Counted from the stretch's first letter, positions 1 to 13,639 are shown. The stretch: 64,000 bases of DNA from Zootoca vivipara (GCF_963506605.1 NC_083277.1:117428001-117492000); one strand, 5' to 3'. Numbers and translations are program-made. Notes: a model not told the origin generated them from the letters alone.

Positions 1-1160
1 CCTCTATATGGAAAAATGTGGAGAACAATCTCACATGGCCTCAGTATCAGGTTGAATGAGTGAGGGGGGGCTTCCTCTGGTTTTTAGCTGATTTAGAGGT
101 GTAAATTTGTTTTTGTTCTGTTTATCTCCGGGGCTTGTTAAGGATGGCAAAAAGGGAGTGAGTCGCCTCCTTTCGTCTGGATTATCCAGCTTCTTGGAGA
201 TGTTTTGTAATTGTTCAAAGATTTTTTGAACTGTTTGAGCGGTCAATAGGCAGCATTCCTCCAGCAGCTCCACATTTCTATCAATTAGTATTTGTGCCTC
301 GATTATGGGAGTAGTAGCCTTGTCCTTCTCATTTATTCCTAGGGATATCTCTTCAACTGTTTTTCCATGCGAAGAGTTGAGGAAGGTTTTGGGAGGAGAT
401 ATGTGCTGTTTTTGAGGTAGCAGGTAATTATCTAGATTACTCTGTTTGAGATCCGGGGACTTTGAGTCAGTTTCCATATCAGGACACCTGGGTCTTTTAG
501 CTCTTCTCATTGCTAGATCTTCTTAAATCAATGAGATCAGACTTCTAAATAGAGTGATAGTGATAAAGTTCTGAAGTCGCAATCTCATTCAATTCTCATT
601 CAGTCCTGGCTGGGCTGCTGCAAAAAGGAGTTTAAAACCGGGTCTGATTAGAGCACTCCTTTGAAGTATTTTTTCTTCCTCTTCTCAGTTTGTTAAAATA
701 ACTGAGAGGTTTGGGGGTCCACGAAGTTAGAGGTGGTGGGAGAAATTTATGGGTTTATGGATTTGTAGTTTTGAGGGTTAAGAGCCTTAAATTTTGGAAG
801 TTAGAAGTCCATTAAAAGTCCTTAAAGATACTCGGAATAAGTTTATCGTGAGGAGTCAACAGGAAACCAGGAGGGAGTGCCTTAATGCCCGGGAGGGAAT
901 GTCTGAGAGGCGGAGGCTGTTTGACTTCGTTAAAACTTCATTAACTTCATTAAATCCTGGCACTGAGGTGGATAAGATAAGATGTTCAAAAGTACAACGA
1001 AGTGGTAAAAGGAAATATAAACCAAAAGAAGGATGAGAGCCAGCAACAAAGGCATTTAGTTTAAAAGATTTCTTCGAGCTCCGATAAGAGCGTCTTAACT
1101 CAGTGCCATCTTTGAGAGTAATCTTTGAGAGTATAGATTTTGAATTACTGGTTCTAATAC

Positions 1161-2630
1161 GAATCCTATGCCTGGACCTGTTTTAATGCTCTCTTTTATA
1201 TTTTTAGCTCAATGTGTCGAGCCTATTTTGGGCTATTTTATGCTTCACATATATCCGCATATTAGATTTTTGGCGCTGGCACCTAAACCTTCGCATCATT
1301 GTCTTAGGGTAATTTAAATGCTATTACGCCAACAATACCACCTTGTATTATGTTTCGTTGCTTGTCTCTGGCATTTTTGTATTGTTTTATTTTGCTATGG
1401 CTGTATGCTAACGCAATAAAGATTTGATTGATTGATTGATTCTAATACAAAAATCTATACTCTTTCAATACCTGTCAAGTCAAACTTAACACCAAAGGTC
1501 ACCTTTCATCAGATATTCCAAACTCGAAAGGGGTAAAACAAGGGTGTATTCTTGCCCCCTTTCTATTTAATTTATTTTTATCAGACTTGCCAGATCACCT
1601 TCAAAAAATAGAATCACATGCCCCCAAACTTAATCAGAAACCAGTTCCTCTCTTATTATACGCAGATGATGCTGTCTTACTATCACTAACGAGCTTGGGT
1701 CTGAAACGTCTTATATCTTCTCTGATCCTTTACTGCGAATCTAACAAACTCTCTATAAATTATGAGAAGACAAAAAATTTGGTCTTCTCGAATGGTTGGA
1801 AATTAGAGAAATGGAAAATAAGAGGGCAAGAAATCCAACAAGTGAAAATCTATAGGTACCTGGGAATTTTATTCCAGAGCAATTTAGGGTGGGCAAATCA
1901 TCGTACAAATGCCATAAAACAGGCAAAGTGTACCTCATCAGCAGTTGCCCATTTTTATTATCAGAAAGGTAATCAGTTTATTCCTGCGGCCAACCAGATA
2001 TTTCAAACAAAAGTGCTATCCCAGATATTCTATGGAATCCCGCTATGGGTCCAAGCATATAACAGTGACTTTAAAAAGATTCACTCCAGCTTTCTGAGAC
2101 ATATTCTTGGACTCCCAACTGTTATCAAATATGAAACAATGTGTGCAGAAATAGGCAAACACACAATGGAATATTGGGCTTGGACCACCTCAATTAAATA
2201 CTGATTACGCTGCCATTTTTGCTGCTCCCAATCAAGTCTGCTCGCTGATTTGCTCAAGGACTCCTATAAATCAAGGTGGTATCAGTACCTTGAAAAAAAG
2301 ATTGAATCTATAGGCATCGAGTTGGAGCCCTTGTACAATTCTAGCGAGCAATGCATTTTCCATAATATCCTAACTAGACTAAAGGACAAAATATTGTGGC
2401 AGCTGTAAACAAAATTTGCTCCCCTATATTCTATGATTTAAATATCCTAGATAGCAGAGCCAATTACGTCACTAAGTTAATAATCCCAGCCCAACGTAGG
2501 GCTTTTATGTTGGCCCGTCTAAATGTTTTTCCCTCGGCATTTGTCAGGGCAAGATATCAAAACATTCCTAGAAACAAGAGATTCTGCAGATGTTCTATGA
2601 ATGTCCCAGACACTGTAGAGCATAATCTAC
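1161..2630 (+). mobile_element. RTE-X-like LINE RT fragment with a nested short 3' fragment (1161-1439)
   Basis: GVKQGC / LLYADD / YLG RT motifs, C-terminal RFCRC...EH, (ATTG)n tail, TSD TTCTAATAC. Confidence 0.75.
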
Positions 2631-2846
2631 ATAAATATATACAATCAGTCTATGTAGCCAACTGCTGCCTTTTTATATATATATTTCAAGGCTCTTATAT
2701 GTGATTTTCTCTTTTATGGCTTTATCTGTAAAATACCTAATAAAGGTTTGATAAGTAGGTATAAGGAATTCCTTCCCCATTGCCTTACTGATTTTAGTTG
2801 TTTCTAATACTTTTTTAAATGGTTGTACTTTTTTCTTTTTGATATA

Positions 2847-4257
2847 CCGTCTTTCCCACATTTTAAGACACCGTCTTATCACTTTTTTTCCTCAAAAAAA
2901 CACTGGGTGGCTTATTTTCAGGGAATGTCTTACCGGTATTTTTATTACATCAGGAGCAGTGCCCCTCTTGCTCCCTGTCTCCCTGCGGGGCAGGACTCTT
3001 GACTGAAAGAAAATGACGGGCAACAGCCACCACCAAGCTCCATGAGAGGGAGTCTGAGGGAAGGGAGGTGTGTGCATCGCTGGCCCAGCCCTCTCTCCCC
3101 GGCCCTGGGATGTTCGTGAGGGAGGGAAGGAGCTCCTCCGAAGGGCTGCTCTCTCTCTCTCCCCTCCCAGGTGGGGACTCACTTAATAGCAATCTGCTAC
3201 ACTGGAGCTTCTTAAATTTAAACCAGTACAGTATAATGGAATCTATCTGTGTGATGCAGTCGTAGCAGTAGCCTATACTAAAGCAAATAAGGATCTCTAC
3301 CAGCCAGCCAACTGCCCAAGACTTAAGAGCGAAAGTTCCAACAATGTAGCACTTTGTAGCACTGATAGCAAAGAGGCTACCGGCTGAGATACTGTAGAAA
3401 ACAAAGAAGCCAGCTGAGCAGCAATTAAGATGGTAAATGGTAGCAATTAAGTAGCAATTGAGCCAGCAGAAAGCGGGGTGAGATAATCTGCTGGTCCTAA
3501 CAACCTGTCCGTGTTTCTCTTACCCACAAAATGTTAACTTTTGTGTAGGGTGTAGGGCAGTGTTTAGCAGCTCCTAAACAGCGAGAAGGGGAAAGTCCTT
3601 AATCCCCAAGGCAAGGACTGCGCCACCGGCAGCGATCCCGGTACCGGTACAAATCCTTAAAGGGGAAGCTCTACAGACAAGCAATGGAAAGAAAAAAGAA
3701 TCCTCACTTTTTAAAAGGCTATTAAAAGGTGGAAAGGTGGGGGGAAGCGAGAGGTGGGCTGTGTGTGTGTGAGAGAGAGAGAGAGAGAGGCGGGGGGGGG
3801 GGAGAGAGAGAGACGCGCACACAGAGTCTCTCCCTAAAGGGGAAGGCAGCGTCTTCAATCGCCCCTCTTTTTTCCCTCGTGCTTTCATCTTCTCCCCACC
3901 GCAAATGCCACTTTTCTCCTCTTCACCAAGCAAGCAGAGCTCACACAGCCTAGCTAAAAAAATATTTTGGAATCCTTTTACAGGTATTTTTAAAAATGCT
4001 TACAGAAACAGGAGGGGGAATCACGAGGCTGCAGGAACGGCTCTACGGTGCATTTTTACAAGCTTTTAAAAGAAATACGTGTCTTTGGAGCGACAGTAAA
4101 ATGGGGAGAGATTTTTATGGGGGAGAGTTGGCTGGCGGGAGGGGGGAAGGGTCTATCACTATGTCTTATTTTCGGGTTATGGCTTATATCGCGCAACTGC
4201 TTAGAAATCCTGCTATGTCTTATATTATGGCTACTTCTTAAAAAGGGGGAAACACAG
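2847..4257. mobile_element. Tc1/mariner-pogo-like non-autonomous DNA transposon
   Basis: TA flanks, imperfect TIRs (ccgtctttcccacattttaaga vs ctgtgtttccccctttttaaga); absent from the paralogous site at ~8456. Confidence 0.8.
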
Positions 4258-4373
4258 TATTGGGAGTCACCTTGGCCACATTTTGTGGGAAAGTGGAATA
4301 AAGATAAGCAGATGATGATACAGATAATGCCTGGCCTGATCCAGAGCATGGAAACAACACAATGAAAAGCTAC

Positions 4374-4686
4374 CTTTGTTCCCCACTTGTTCTTTCACCC
4401 ACTCCGTCGCTGCCGCAATGCTCTCTGTACTGGTGACATCCAGAACAGTGGTTTTCAAGCGCTCTGAGGTGACCTTCTCCAGCTGCTCTGTCCCCTTCTG
4501 TGTGGTACAGGTTGCCAACACCCGCAGACCCCGGGCATCCAGCTGCTTGGCAAGGTGGTTCCCAAAGCCAGAGGAACAGCCAGTGATGAGGACGTATTTC
4601 TCCGTCAGGTTCTCCACCATCTGTCTCTCCTGGTACCATCGGCGAAGGAAGTAAAGCCCCAGCAGGGCAGCCAGGTAGAGCCACAT
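4374..4686 (-). CDS. First coding exon of a second HSD17B6/RDH16-like paralog; remaining exons presumably left of the window
   Basis: MWLYLAALLGLYFLRRWYQERQ...TGCSSGFG...VGNKG, 313 nt, acceptor ctgcag| at 4696, donor AAG|gtagc. Confidence 0.75.
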
Positions 4687-5772
4687 GGCTGAAACCTGCA
4701 GGGAAGAAGCTTGCAAGAGTGAGGGCACAAACACCCCTGGCAGGACTTGGAGGAGGATGTTTCTAATTCCTGCTCCACCAAGAAGTTCACTGGAAGACCT
4801 TTTATGTTGCCACTGCTCTATTTAGCCTCCCTTGCAGAGTTGTTGAGGGGAATGAGAATTTTTGCATGATGCAATGAGCTGCTTGGAGCAGAGGCAAGCT
4901 AAAAGAAGTATCAATAATAGCTCCAGCTAGCTGCTTATTATCTGAACATGTTAAGAAAGTGGAACATTATTTTCCTATCTACATCTCTAAACATAAGCAA
5001 CACTGAGCTGAAATATTGTGCAAGTACCTTATTTTGCCATCACTGCCATCACATATTGTACTTGCTCAAGATTTCATCTCCATTTTGTTTTTGTTTTTTT
5101 GTTTTTTCAAGTTTTCAGTTTTAAAATAGATGCAAAATTCTGTACATCTTCAGGGGAAAAAACATAATTTGACTACCCCCCTCCCCTTCTGTTTCATCTT
5201 CTGGTTTCACTTTTATTACTGCATTTCCCCTTAGTTCCTTATAATTGTTACTGTCTAGTTTCCAAATAAATTATTGTTTAACTTCTTGTGTTGTGTTATT
5301 CCTGTTAACGTAGTTAAATGTTGTGGGAATGTTTACAAAGATTTTTAAAATAATCCACATATTTCCCCCATTCTTTAGCGATTCTTTATTGACCTGATTT
5401 TTAAACACTGGACATATTTTGTCATATGATGAACTGGGGAATACAATGAGAGGTACAAGATCAAGAGTTGTTTTTCCGAATTAAGCAAATCAGTTGTGCA
5501 CATAAGGAAATATAGCTCCACTTTTTGTTTTCTCTCTCTCTCTCGCCATTTATAAGAAGTCCATAAAGGTGTCTTTTTATATTCAGAAGATAAGAAAAAT
5601 GTGTGTGTGTGGATGTGTGTCCACACCACACACACAGAGAGAGAAGGGCAAACATACTTGTATTTCCTCATTTCTGAATTTTGTATTCCTCTTTTCTGAA
5701 TTTAATGTAGGGACACCATGGCCTGTAAGTCAGAGCAAATACGGATCTGTTCCCTCCTAGTACCACCTAGAG

Positions 5773-6102
5773 CAGGGGTAGGCAACCTAAGGCCCGTGGG
5801 CCAGATGTGGCCCAATCACCTTCTCAATCCGGGCCGCAGAAGGTCCAGGAATCAGCATGTTTTTACATGAGTAGAATGTGTCCTTTTATTTAAAATGCAT
5901 CTCTGGGTTATTTGTGGGGCCTGCCTGGTGTTTTTACATGAGTAGAATGTGTGCTTTTATTTAAAATGCACCTCTGGGTTATTTGTGGGGCATAGGAATT
6001 CGTTCATTCCCCCCCCCCCAAAAAAAAAGATATAGTATGGCCTACCACAAGTTCTGAGGGACGGTGGACTGGCCCACAGCTGAAAAAGGTTGCTGACCCC
6101 TG
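5773..6102. mobile_element. hAT MITE
   Basis: CAGGGG...CCCCTG TIRs, near 8-bp TSD; related copy at 44804-45055. Confidence 0.8.
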
Positions 6103-6149
6103 ACCCTAGAGGGCATCATAGGCAGAAGCAGAGAAGAAATCTGAAATCT

Positions 6150-7005
6150 GAAACTGGTACATGGCACCAGCCAATGGAAAAAGGCCTCCAACACTTCCGG
6201 ATTGAAGCTTTAAAATGTATGGGGGAATAAGCCTGAGGTGCTGGAGATGCAAGGGGGAGGAAGGTACGTACTTTCACACGTGGTGGTCCTGCCAAAACAT
6301 AAAAGAATATTGGAATAAAATATACAAGGAGTTAAAGAAAATGTTCAAAATGACATTCAAAAAAACACCTGAGATGTTTCTTTTAAATATATTACCATCC
6401 GAAATAAGAAAGGAAATAAGAACTTTATTTCTATATGGAATGACTGCTGCCAGAATATTGGTGGCAAAAAACTGGAAAAATGAGACGCTACCTACAATAA
6501 CAGATTGGCAAATATTAATGTTAAATTATATACGAATGGCAAAATTGACTGATTCAATAACGTACCTGTGCAAAAAGTAACAAAAGAATGGAGCATGTAT
6601 AAAAATTATCTTAAACTGTACTATCCAAACAATTCTCTACTCGCAGATATTGAATGATGTTTGAGAAAATTAGGAATGATGAAAGTGGGAATGAAAAGAT
6701 ATAATAAAAGATATTATAAGCAAAAACCTGTGGACAACAAGATATATAACAGTGTATAATAAGAGGGGCGGGAAGTATTTGTGTATATACGTAATGATTG
6801 TGTTCATTCTTTATCTTTCTTAGATGATAGGTATGGTAGAAATATGATTTGTGTGCTTTTAGATGTTGCTTTTTTTCTTTTGTATTTGGTGTATTTGTAT
6901 TTTGTTGTACTTTTTTGTATTCTTTTGTATTCTTGTGTTTTTTATTCTTTGTGTTTTTAAACAATAAAATTTAAAATTCCTTTAAAAAAAATTTTAAAAA
7001 ATAAA
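6150..7005 (+). mobile_element. L1/Tx1 LINE 3' end
   Basis: CWRCKGEEGTYFHTWWSC zinc knuckle, AATAAA, A-rich tail. Confidence 0.8.
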
Positions 7006-7417
7006 AGTCCAAGCATTGGTTGTATAACACAAAGGACAATGAAGTTCAGGAACAACACCTCACCAACCGCCAGCAGTTGAAAGTTCTGTAGAGGAGGCAA
7101 GAAACTCATAAAAATAAGTGTTCAGTCTTTGATTTTTCATTGCTATGTTTAAAGGCCTCTTCTGACATCTGTGCAAGGACCAAGGTTTGTGCATGTCCTC
7201 CAGCACACCCTTTCTGGGCAGTGATAAGAAACCTATGGCTCAATGGCTGTGTTGCCTAATCTTGTATTGGCCTAATTTCATGTGCGCTCACGTGCATACA
7301 CATGCGAATGCGCAAAGCCTGAGGGAGGGGAAAGCTGAAGTGAACAGAGAGTGAAAGAAGGAAGAGAGAAAGTCCACTTCAAATGACCCTAATCTATAAC
7401 TGTGGCAAAGGAACGTT

Positions 7418-7418
<1 letters not shown>

Positions 7419-7456
<38 letters not shown>
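7419..7456 (+). repeat. (GT)n microsatellite
   Basis: Direct reading. Confidence 0.95.
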
Positions 7457-7460
<4 letters not shown>

Positions 7461-8042
7461 AGAAAAGGGTGGCCTGCCCACAGCCAGAGGGTTATGCTTT
7501 CCCTGGCAGTAATCTGGACCTACAAACCTACAGAATCTCTCCTGTGTCAATCAGAGTTACTTGATTCATTATCCAGGGAAGAACAAAGATGCTTCTTGAG
7601 AGCTTAGAGTGAAGAGGGGGTCCCATTGGTGTTTGTGAGCTACCCAACATTTTAAAAATGTGTGGTTTAAGTATTCTGCTCCATTATTAACCTGCAGAGA
7701 AGGGAAGGTTCTTTTTGGATGAGTGAGTTTCATAGCACCTTTATGAAACATTTATTTCAGTTACATTAAGCACTTTCCTTCCATACGTGCGCATTTTTAT
7801 TATGGATACTGCACGATAGAGACCTTGTTTGAAAGCAACTCAGGCCTGTGGATCCTGAAGCTACTTCTAAATAAAAAAGATATTGGAAGATCTAATTGGG
7901 GATTCCTCATGTAAGTGTCCTTGGCTATAACATTCAGAATGACTCATATCCTCCATGGAGATTTCAGCTGCCCTGTTGTTGATGCACATAAGTGCCTTTG
8001 GCCCTTATACTCTGTCTGTTATCTTCCCTGCAGGTTTCAGCC

Positions 8043-8355
8043 ATGTGGCTCTACCTGGCTGCCCTGCTGGGGCTTTACTTCCTTCGCCGATGGTACCAGG
8101 AGAGACAGATGGTGGAGAACCTGACGGAGAAATACGTCCTCATCACTGGCTGTTCCTCTGGCTTTGGGAACCACCTTGCCAAGCACCAGGATGCCCGGGG
8201 TCTGCGGGTATTGGCAACCAGTACCACACACAAGGGGACAGAGCAGCTGGAGAAGGTCACCTCAGAGCGCTTGAAAACCACCGTTCTGGATGTCACCAGT
8301 ACAGAGAGCATTGCGGCAGCGACGGAGTGGGTGAAAGAACAAGTGGGGAACAAAG
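8043..8355 (+). pseudogene. Inverted orphan copy of the HSD17B6/RDH16-like first coding exon
   Basis: 6 differences in 313 nt from the 4374-4686 copy, 4 of them non-synonymous and away from family consensus. No downstream SDR exons seen on + before 16157. Confidence 0.65.
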
Positions 8356-10671
8356 GTAGCTTTTCGTTGTGTTGTTTCCATGCTCTGGATCAGGCCAGGA
8401 ATTATCTGCATCATCATCTGCTTATCTTTATTCCACTTTCCCACAAAATGTGGCCAATATATCAAAAAGAAAAAGTACAACCATTTAAAAAAGTATTAGA
8501 AACAACTAAAATCAGTAAAGCACTCCTTAGGCAATAAAAGCCATAAAACCATAAACTCATAAGCTCCTTAAAACATAAAACAGTGAAACAACACCCAAAA
8601 ACATTCTTAAGCTTGTAAAAAGGATTAAGTAATTTACAGAGCAAAAGCCGAGGCTGCCCTTCTCGGCACCATCTTGGATTGCGCCCTTGCAGACAATGCA
8701 GAATGTTATAGGAAATGACCTGGAATGACAATGGCAACTTCCCCTCTGGTTTCAGTGACCATTTGGAAGAGAGAAAGATCTATCTATCTATCTTCTCATA
8801 TTTTAATTATTAAACGTGATTGCTTTTGCATTTGCTTTATTGCCCACCTTTCCCCATTAGGTCCCATGGCAGGTCACAGCAATTTGAAATATGATATTAA
8901 AAACAGCAGGGACCGCCGTCTGGAGGAGTGCCATCGGCCCTGGCAACCGCCTAGGCACACAAACATGACTACTCCCCCCCGAATCCCTTTAACAGGATAC
9001 CCCAAGTTTTGGAGGGGCAGGCGGAGACTACAACCTCCCCTCGAATGCTGCCACACCAAAAGGGTGAGCGAACCTGCCCTTCAGATTTCTGTATAGACCT
9101 GCTTCGGGCATTGCTATTTCCAGCAATTAAAGCGCATACTTGCATATTGTGGGGAAATGCTGTGTTTGTTGGTTTCCTCAGCTGAAATGACTCCATCAGT
9201 CTCACCCTCCCCACCAGCCATGTATACTTTTCTTCCTTCATCTTTCAGTTGCTGTAATTGAAATTGCTGCTTCATTTTTGCATCAAACCTCTCACAATGC
9301 CTTTAGTGGAAGTCATCAGATATTAACATATATGCAATAAAGGGTTACATGCATTAAGCATGTTGGGCACAAATGCTTTCTTCCATTTTCTAAAAGGGAA
9401 GGTTGCATGGAGCATTTTCTTTCCTTAGCATACATGCTGATCTGGAAGCCCTTGTCTATAACTCAAGGTGTAAGGGAGCTGGCAGTGGTATTGTGTAGTG
9501 TATACTCATGAGTTTTCCTCAGTGTGCACTCAGCCTGATGGGTGTCTAGCATGCACATACTGAGAGATAAAGTCTATCCCTGACCTGTCCAGGAAAATCA
9601 TGGATTCAAGCATAACTGGCAGCATCAACCCTATATCAGAGTTTCCTTAATGACAAAGGAATTACAAATACTATCAAATGGTAGAATCCTTTCCCTTCAC
9701 TAATGTTGTTCGGAGAGGAATGTGGAGTAAATGAACTCATCTCCCCTGTCCCCGCTATACCGGTATATAAAACTAGTTGTTCCCGGCCATGCGTTGCTGT
9801 GGCTCAGTCCGTTAAATGGGAAAGCAACTCCCCCACCCACGTGTGTTATGGAAAATCCCCCACCCTGTCCCAACCCATTCATCCTCCCCAAAGGCACGGG
9901 CCTCCATCACTCAGTGCCCCCATTCCCCACCCCTGCCACATGGCATCATGACACCCCTCTCTCTGCCCCCCCCCGCCGTGTGAGGTTATAATCCTCCCGC
10001 GTGATGACATTCACCACCCCAATCCCTCTCTCTCTCCCCCTTGCATACCCCATGCGCATCTTGGGCAGGGCCTGGCCGGTTCCCACGGCGTGTCCCAACA
10101 GGCAAAGGGACAGGATTTGGCCCCGGCCAACCACACCCAGCAGCCTCTGCACGCTTGCACATTTATATTCAGTAGGTTGCCATGTTTTTTGTGATGTCAC
10201 AGATAGTCTTCAGCCAATGGCAGCAGCTGAGGCCTGAGATTATGATGCAGCATCCTCAGCTGTGCTGGCTGGGCAATGCCATGTTATTGTGATGTCACAG
10301 GTAGTCTGTAGCCAATGGCAGCAGCTGAGAGATCCTCAGCTGTGCTGCTTTGACATCCAGCAGATGGTAATACAACTAACTTTGGAAGAAGGTTTTTCTA
10401 AAAAAAAAAGGAGGTCACAGGTGAGACATCTGTGTAATCTAGGTATATGAAAATGTTCCCGTATTTGAATGCAACGTTGTGTCAAAATTTTAAAGCGATC
10501 AGTCAAGTACTTTCGGAGTGTAACGAACGGACAGTTACATTCTTATTTATATAGATGCATGAGATTAATTGTGCATCTACATGTAAAAAGGATATATCCT
10601 TACAAAAAGGCACCCAAAGGTGTGTGTGTGTATGTGTGTGTGCGCGCTAGTAAATGCTAGTGTTCATTTTA

Positions 10672-11022
10672 GGGATGCGGGTGACGCTGTGGTCTAAACC
10701 ACTGAGCCTCTTGGGCTTGCCAATCAGAAGGTCGGCGGTTCAAATCCCCGCAACAAGGTGAGCTCCCGTTGCTCTGTCCCAACTTTTGCCAACCTAGCAG
10801 TTCAAAAGCACACCAGTGCCAGTGCAAGTAGATAAATAGGTACCATTGCAGCGGGAAGGTAAACAGCCTTTCCATGCGCTCTGGTTTCTGCTGGCCACAT
10901 GACCCAGAAAGCTGTCTGTGGACAAACGCCGGCTCCCTCAGCCTGAAAGTCAGGTGAGCACGGTGGTTCTGTAGTCGCCGTTGACTGGACTTAACCATCC
11001 AGGGGTCCTTTATCTTTACCCT
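10672..11022 (+). mobile_element. Sauria SINE
   Basis: tRNA-like head GGGATGCGGGTGACGCTGTGG, (ACCTTT)-like tail, TSD TAGTGTTCATT. Confidence 0.9.
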
Positions 11023-13639
11023 TAGTGTTCATTGATAAGCAAGGAAACACATTGCTTCCTTTCACAGCATTGTAAAAATGCATTGTGTTTTTGAAAACAG
11101 CAGGTGCTTCTTACAATATTCAGTAAACAAGTTTATCAAGAATTTGTCTTGCTTTTGCCTCTTCTATCTTGTAGAATTGTGTGAGTTTGCCTGTTATGAC
11201 AAACTCTCTTGTCCCCCCCCAATTCACTCTCTATGCCATTGTTAGTAATATTATTTGGGTTGTATTCAAGACCCTGGCAGCACTGACTATGCACAAGGCT
11301 ATTTCTTTGTGTATCTCTTTAACCATGATATTTACATAATTTAACGAGAAGGAATAATGATTTTGTGGGATCTCATTTAATTGTCTATAATGCAGCCAAC
11401 TCTGAACATGATCTTTAATTTCTTCATAATCTTTTAATTTCCATTTACCGTCTTGTTCTTCCAATAGATCTCTGTATGTAGGCCATTTTCCCTTTTTCCC
11501 AGGCGGTTTGAGTAACGAAGGATTTTACAATCATATAATTAGGAAATCATTAATCAGAGTGTGGGAAATGTACAAAGATTTAATAGAATAGAAAACACCT
11601 TGGTGGCTATCACCAAGAGAAGCTTCGTTACTCAAACCGGTTCCTGTCTGCCTTAATGCAGTCATCTCCCACGACAATGGGAGATTGTTGGCGAAGGTTA
11701 ATCAAAGATGACTGAGAGTAATTATCCTTGAAAAGTCCCCCCAGGGATGAGGAAAGTGGGCTACTCTCGCAGATCGTCTCAGTAGCTGGCTCCTGCTCCA
11801 GCATTGAGTGCAAAAGCACTTCACCTCTTGGAACCCTTGAACAACACCATTCAGAGCAGAGGTTCTTCTGTTCATTAAAGATTATTTGGGATTAATGTAC
11901 AGATGGGTGCTGGAAATGATGGGACAAGATCAAAAACTGCGAAATTGAAATAGCTACAAGGTTGCAAAGATTTGAATCAACGGCTTCATTATAAATCCCT
12001 TGTTATATAAATGACTTGGCAAATCCCCCGAGAATGCAAAAAACAAGTTTCATATAGCAAGTGAAGGGAGACGGGAATATAGATATGGATTACAATGACA
12101 AACGGAACTGTGTGACGAAAACATAATCGCATGGAATAATTTTTAAAGGACTTGGAATTTCTACGGAGTTAATTTTTATCTTTCCCCTGGTTGCGGGGAG
12201 ACAGATTGGACTTTGAGGACTTGCCAATAGTTAATTTCTTCAGTTGGACGGAGAAAGGAGAACTTGTCGGCTTGCCAGTGTTCTGGGACTGGAAGTAATG
12301 GTGATGGAATTGTACAGCTGCACTCAGAGGGGCTGGAGAACAAAAGAGGAGGGATTTCCCGAGAGTGACACCGAGTCAACAGCGCCGCAAGGCACGACGG
12401 AGATCAGGAATAACCAAGATGGACATAATATTTGGCAAAGATTTGTTGTTTAGTCATTTAGTCGTTTAGTCGTGTCCGACTCTTTGTGACCCCATGGACC
12501 AGAACAAAGATATAAAGAAACAATTGGTTAAAATTAATGCCTCACACAGTAAGAAGAAAGGAGAACTTCACTAATGAACTTAAAAATTATTAAATGTGTT
12601 ATACGAATTAAATGTGTTAATACAAATTGAAGTTAAAACATTGTAGCTGTGGTATAAGGGATTTTATCAAGACTGGATTGTAATTGGATTCAGCAATAGC
12701 TTGGAAGCAGAATGAAAGGGAATTAGAAGCCGTGTCCCTATGGTAGTTTCAGGGAATGTTCTGAAGACAAGGATGGGGGAATGCATTCTATGACATACCA
12801 GCTTCTCTCCGATGGAGAGCTGGAGGGGGAAGAAGCGCCCCCCCCCATTGTCCACAGCGTGCTCAGAAGCAGAGAGAGAGGCAGAAGCTGAACAGCTTAG
12901 GGGGGACTTACCCAGTTATGAGATAATGACAACAGAACCAGAAGGGAGGGGGCAGCTAGTTGAGACATCACAAGAGCATGGAGGACCCCCCCTCCCCTCG
13001 GACTTGGAGGTCCGAATGATGATAAGTCAAGTCAAATATAAATTGCACATTTAAACCAGCATAATTAACAAGAGAATAAAATATTATCATAAGCATGACA
13101 TGGCTGTTTGGCAGGCACAAAAAGATGGGGCAAAAGAATCCAATAGTTAGGGTTTGTTGTCAGGCATAGCAATGTCCCTCCAGTCTCAGCAGGTGCCTCT
13201 TCAGTAGGGCTGGTGAGTGTGGGCCTCACCCCCTAGGCCAGGTGGAAAGGGTCTTGCAGGGAGCGGCCTTCACGACTAGGCTTCTGCCTCCTTGCAAAGA
13301 GCTGTGTCTTTGTGCTTGCAACATGACACTGTAACAACTGCTCATTAATTCTTATCTGTGAAGTTACGCCTGACAGGTAGAGCAGCCTCTGCTTCATTTG
13401 GAGCTTAGGATTTGGCAACTATAAAAGGCACGCTGGAGAACGCCCACTCACCTTTCTGAATCATGGTGCAATGCACTCACTTGATGTAAGATGGCTTCAG
13501 GCATTTTCACCATAACTTGCAATTAACAATTCCATCATTTTGACAGCTCCTCAAAGTAAGCCAAGTACAAAACAAGAGCATCATCTTACCTGCCTGGCAG
13601 CCTTTCCTTACATTTTGCAGAAAGTATCATTGTCTAAGC

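Noticed and set aside
31-510. 159-aa ORF as a host gene
   Set aside because: More likely the ORF1 region of a LINE 5' end; no host family recognised
3594-3660. Retroviral primer-binding site (TGGCGCAGTC on -)
   Set aside because: No adjacent LTR end and no 18-nt tRNA match that I could confirm
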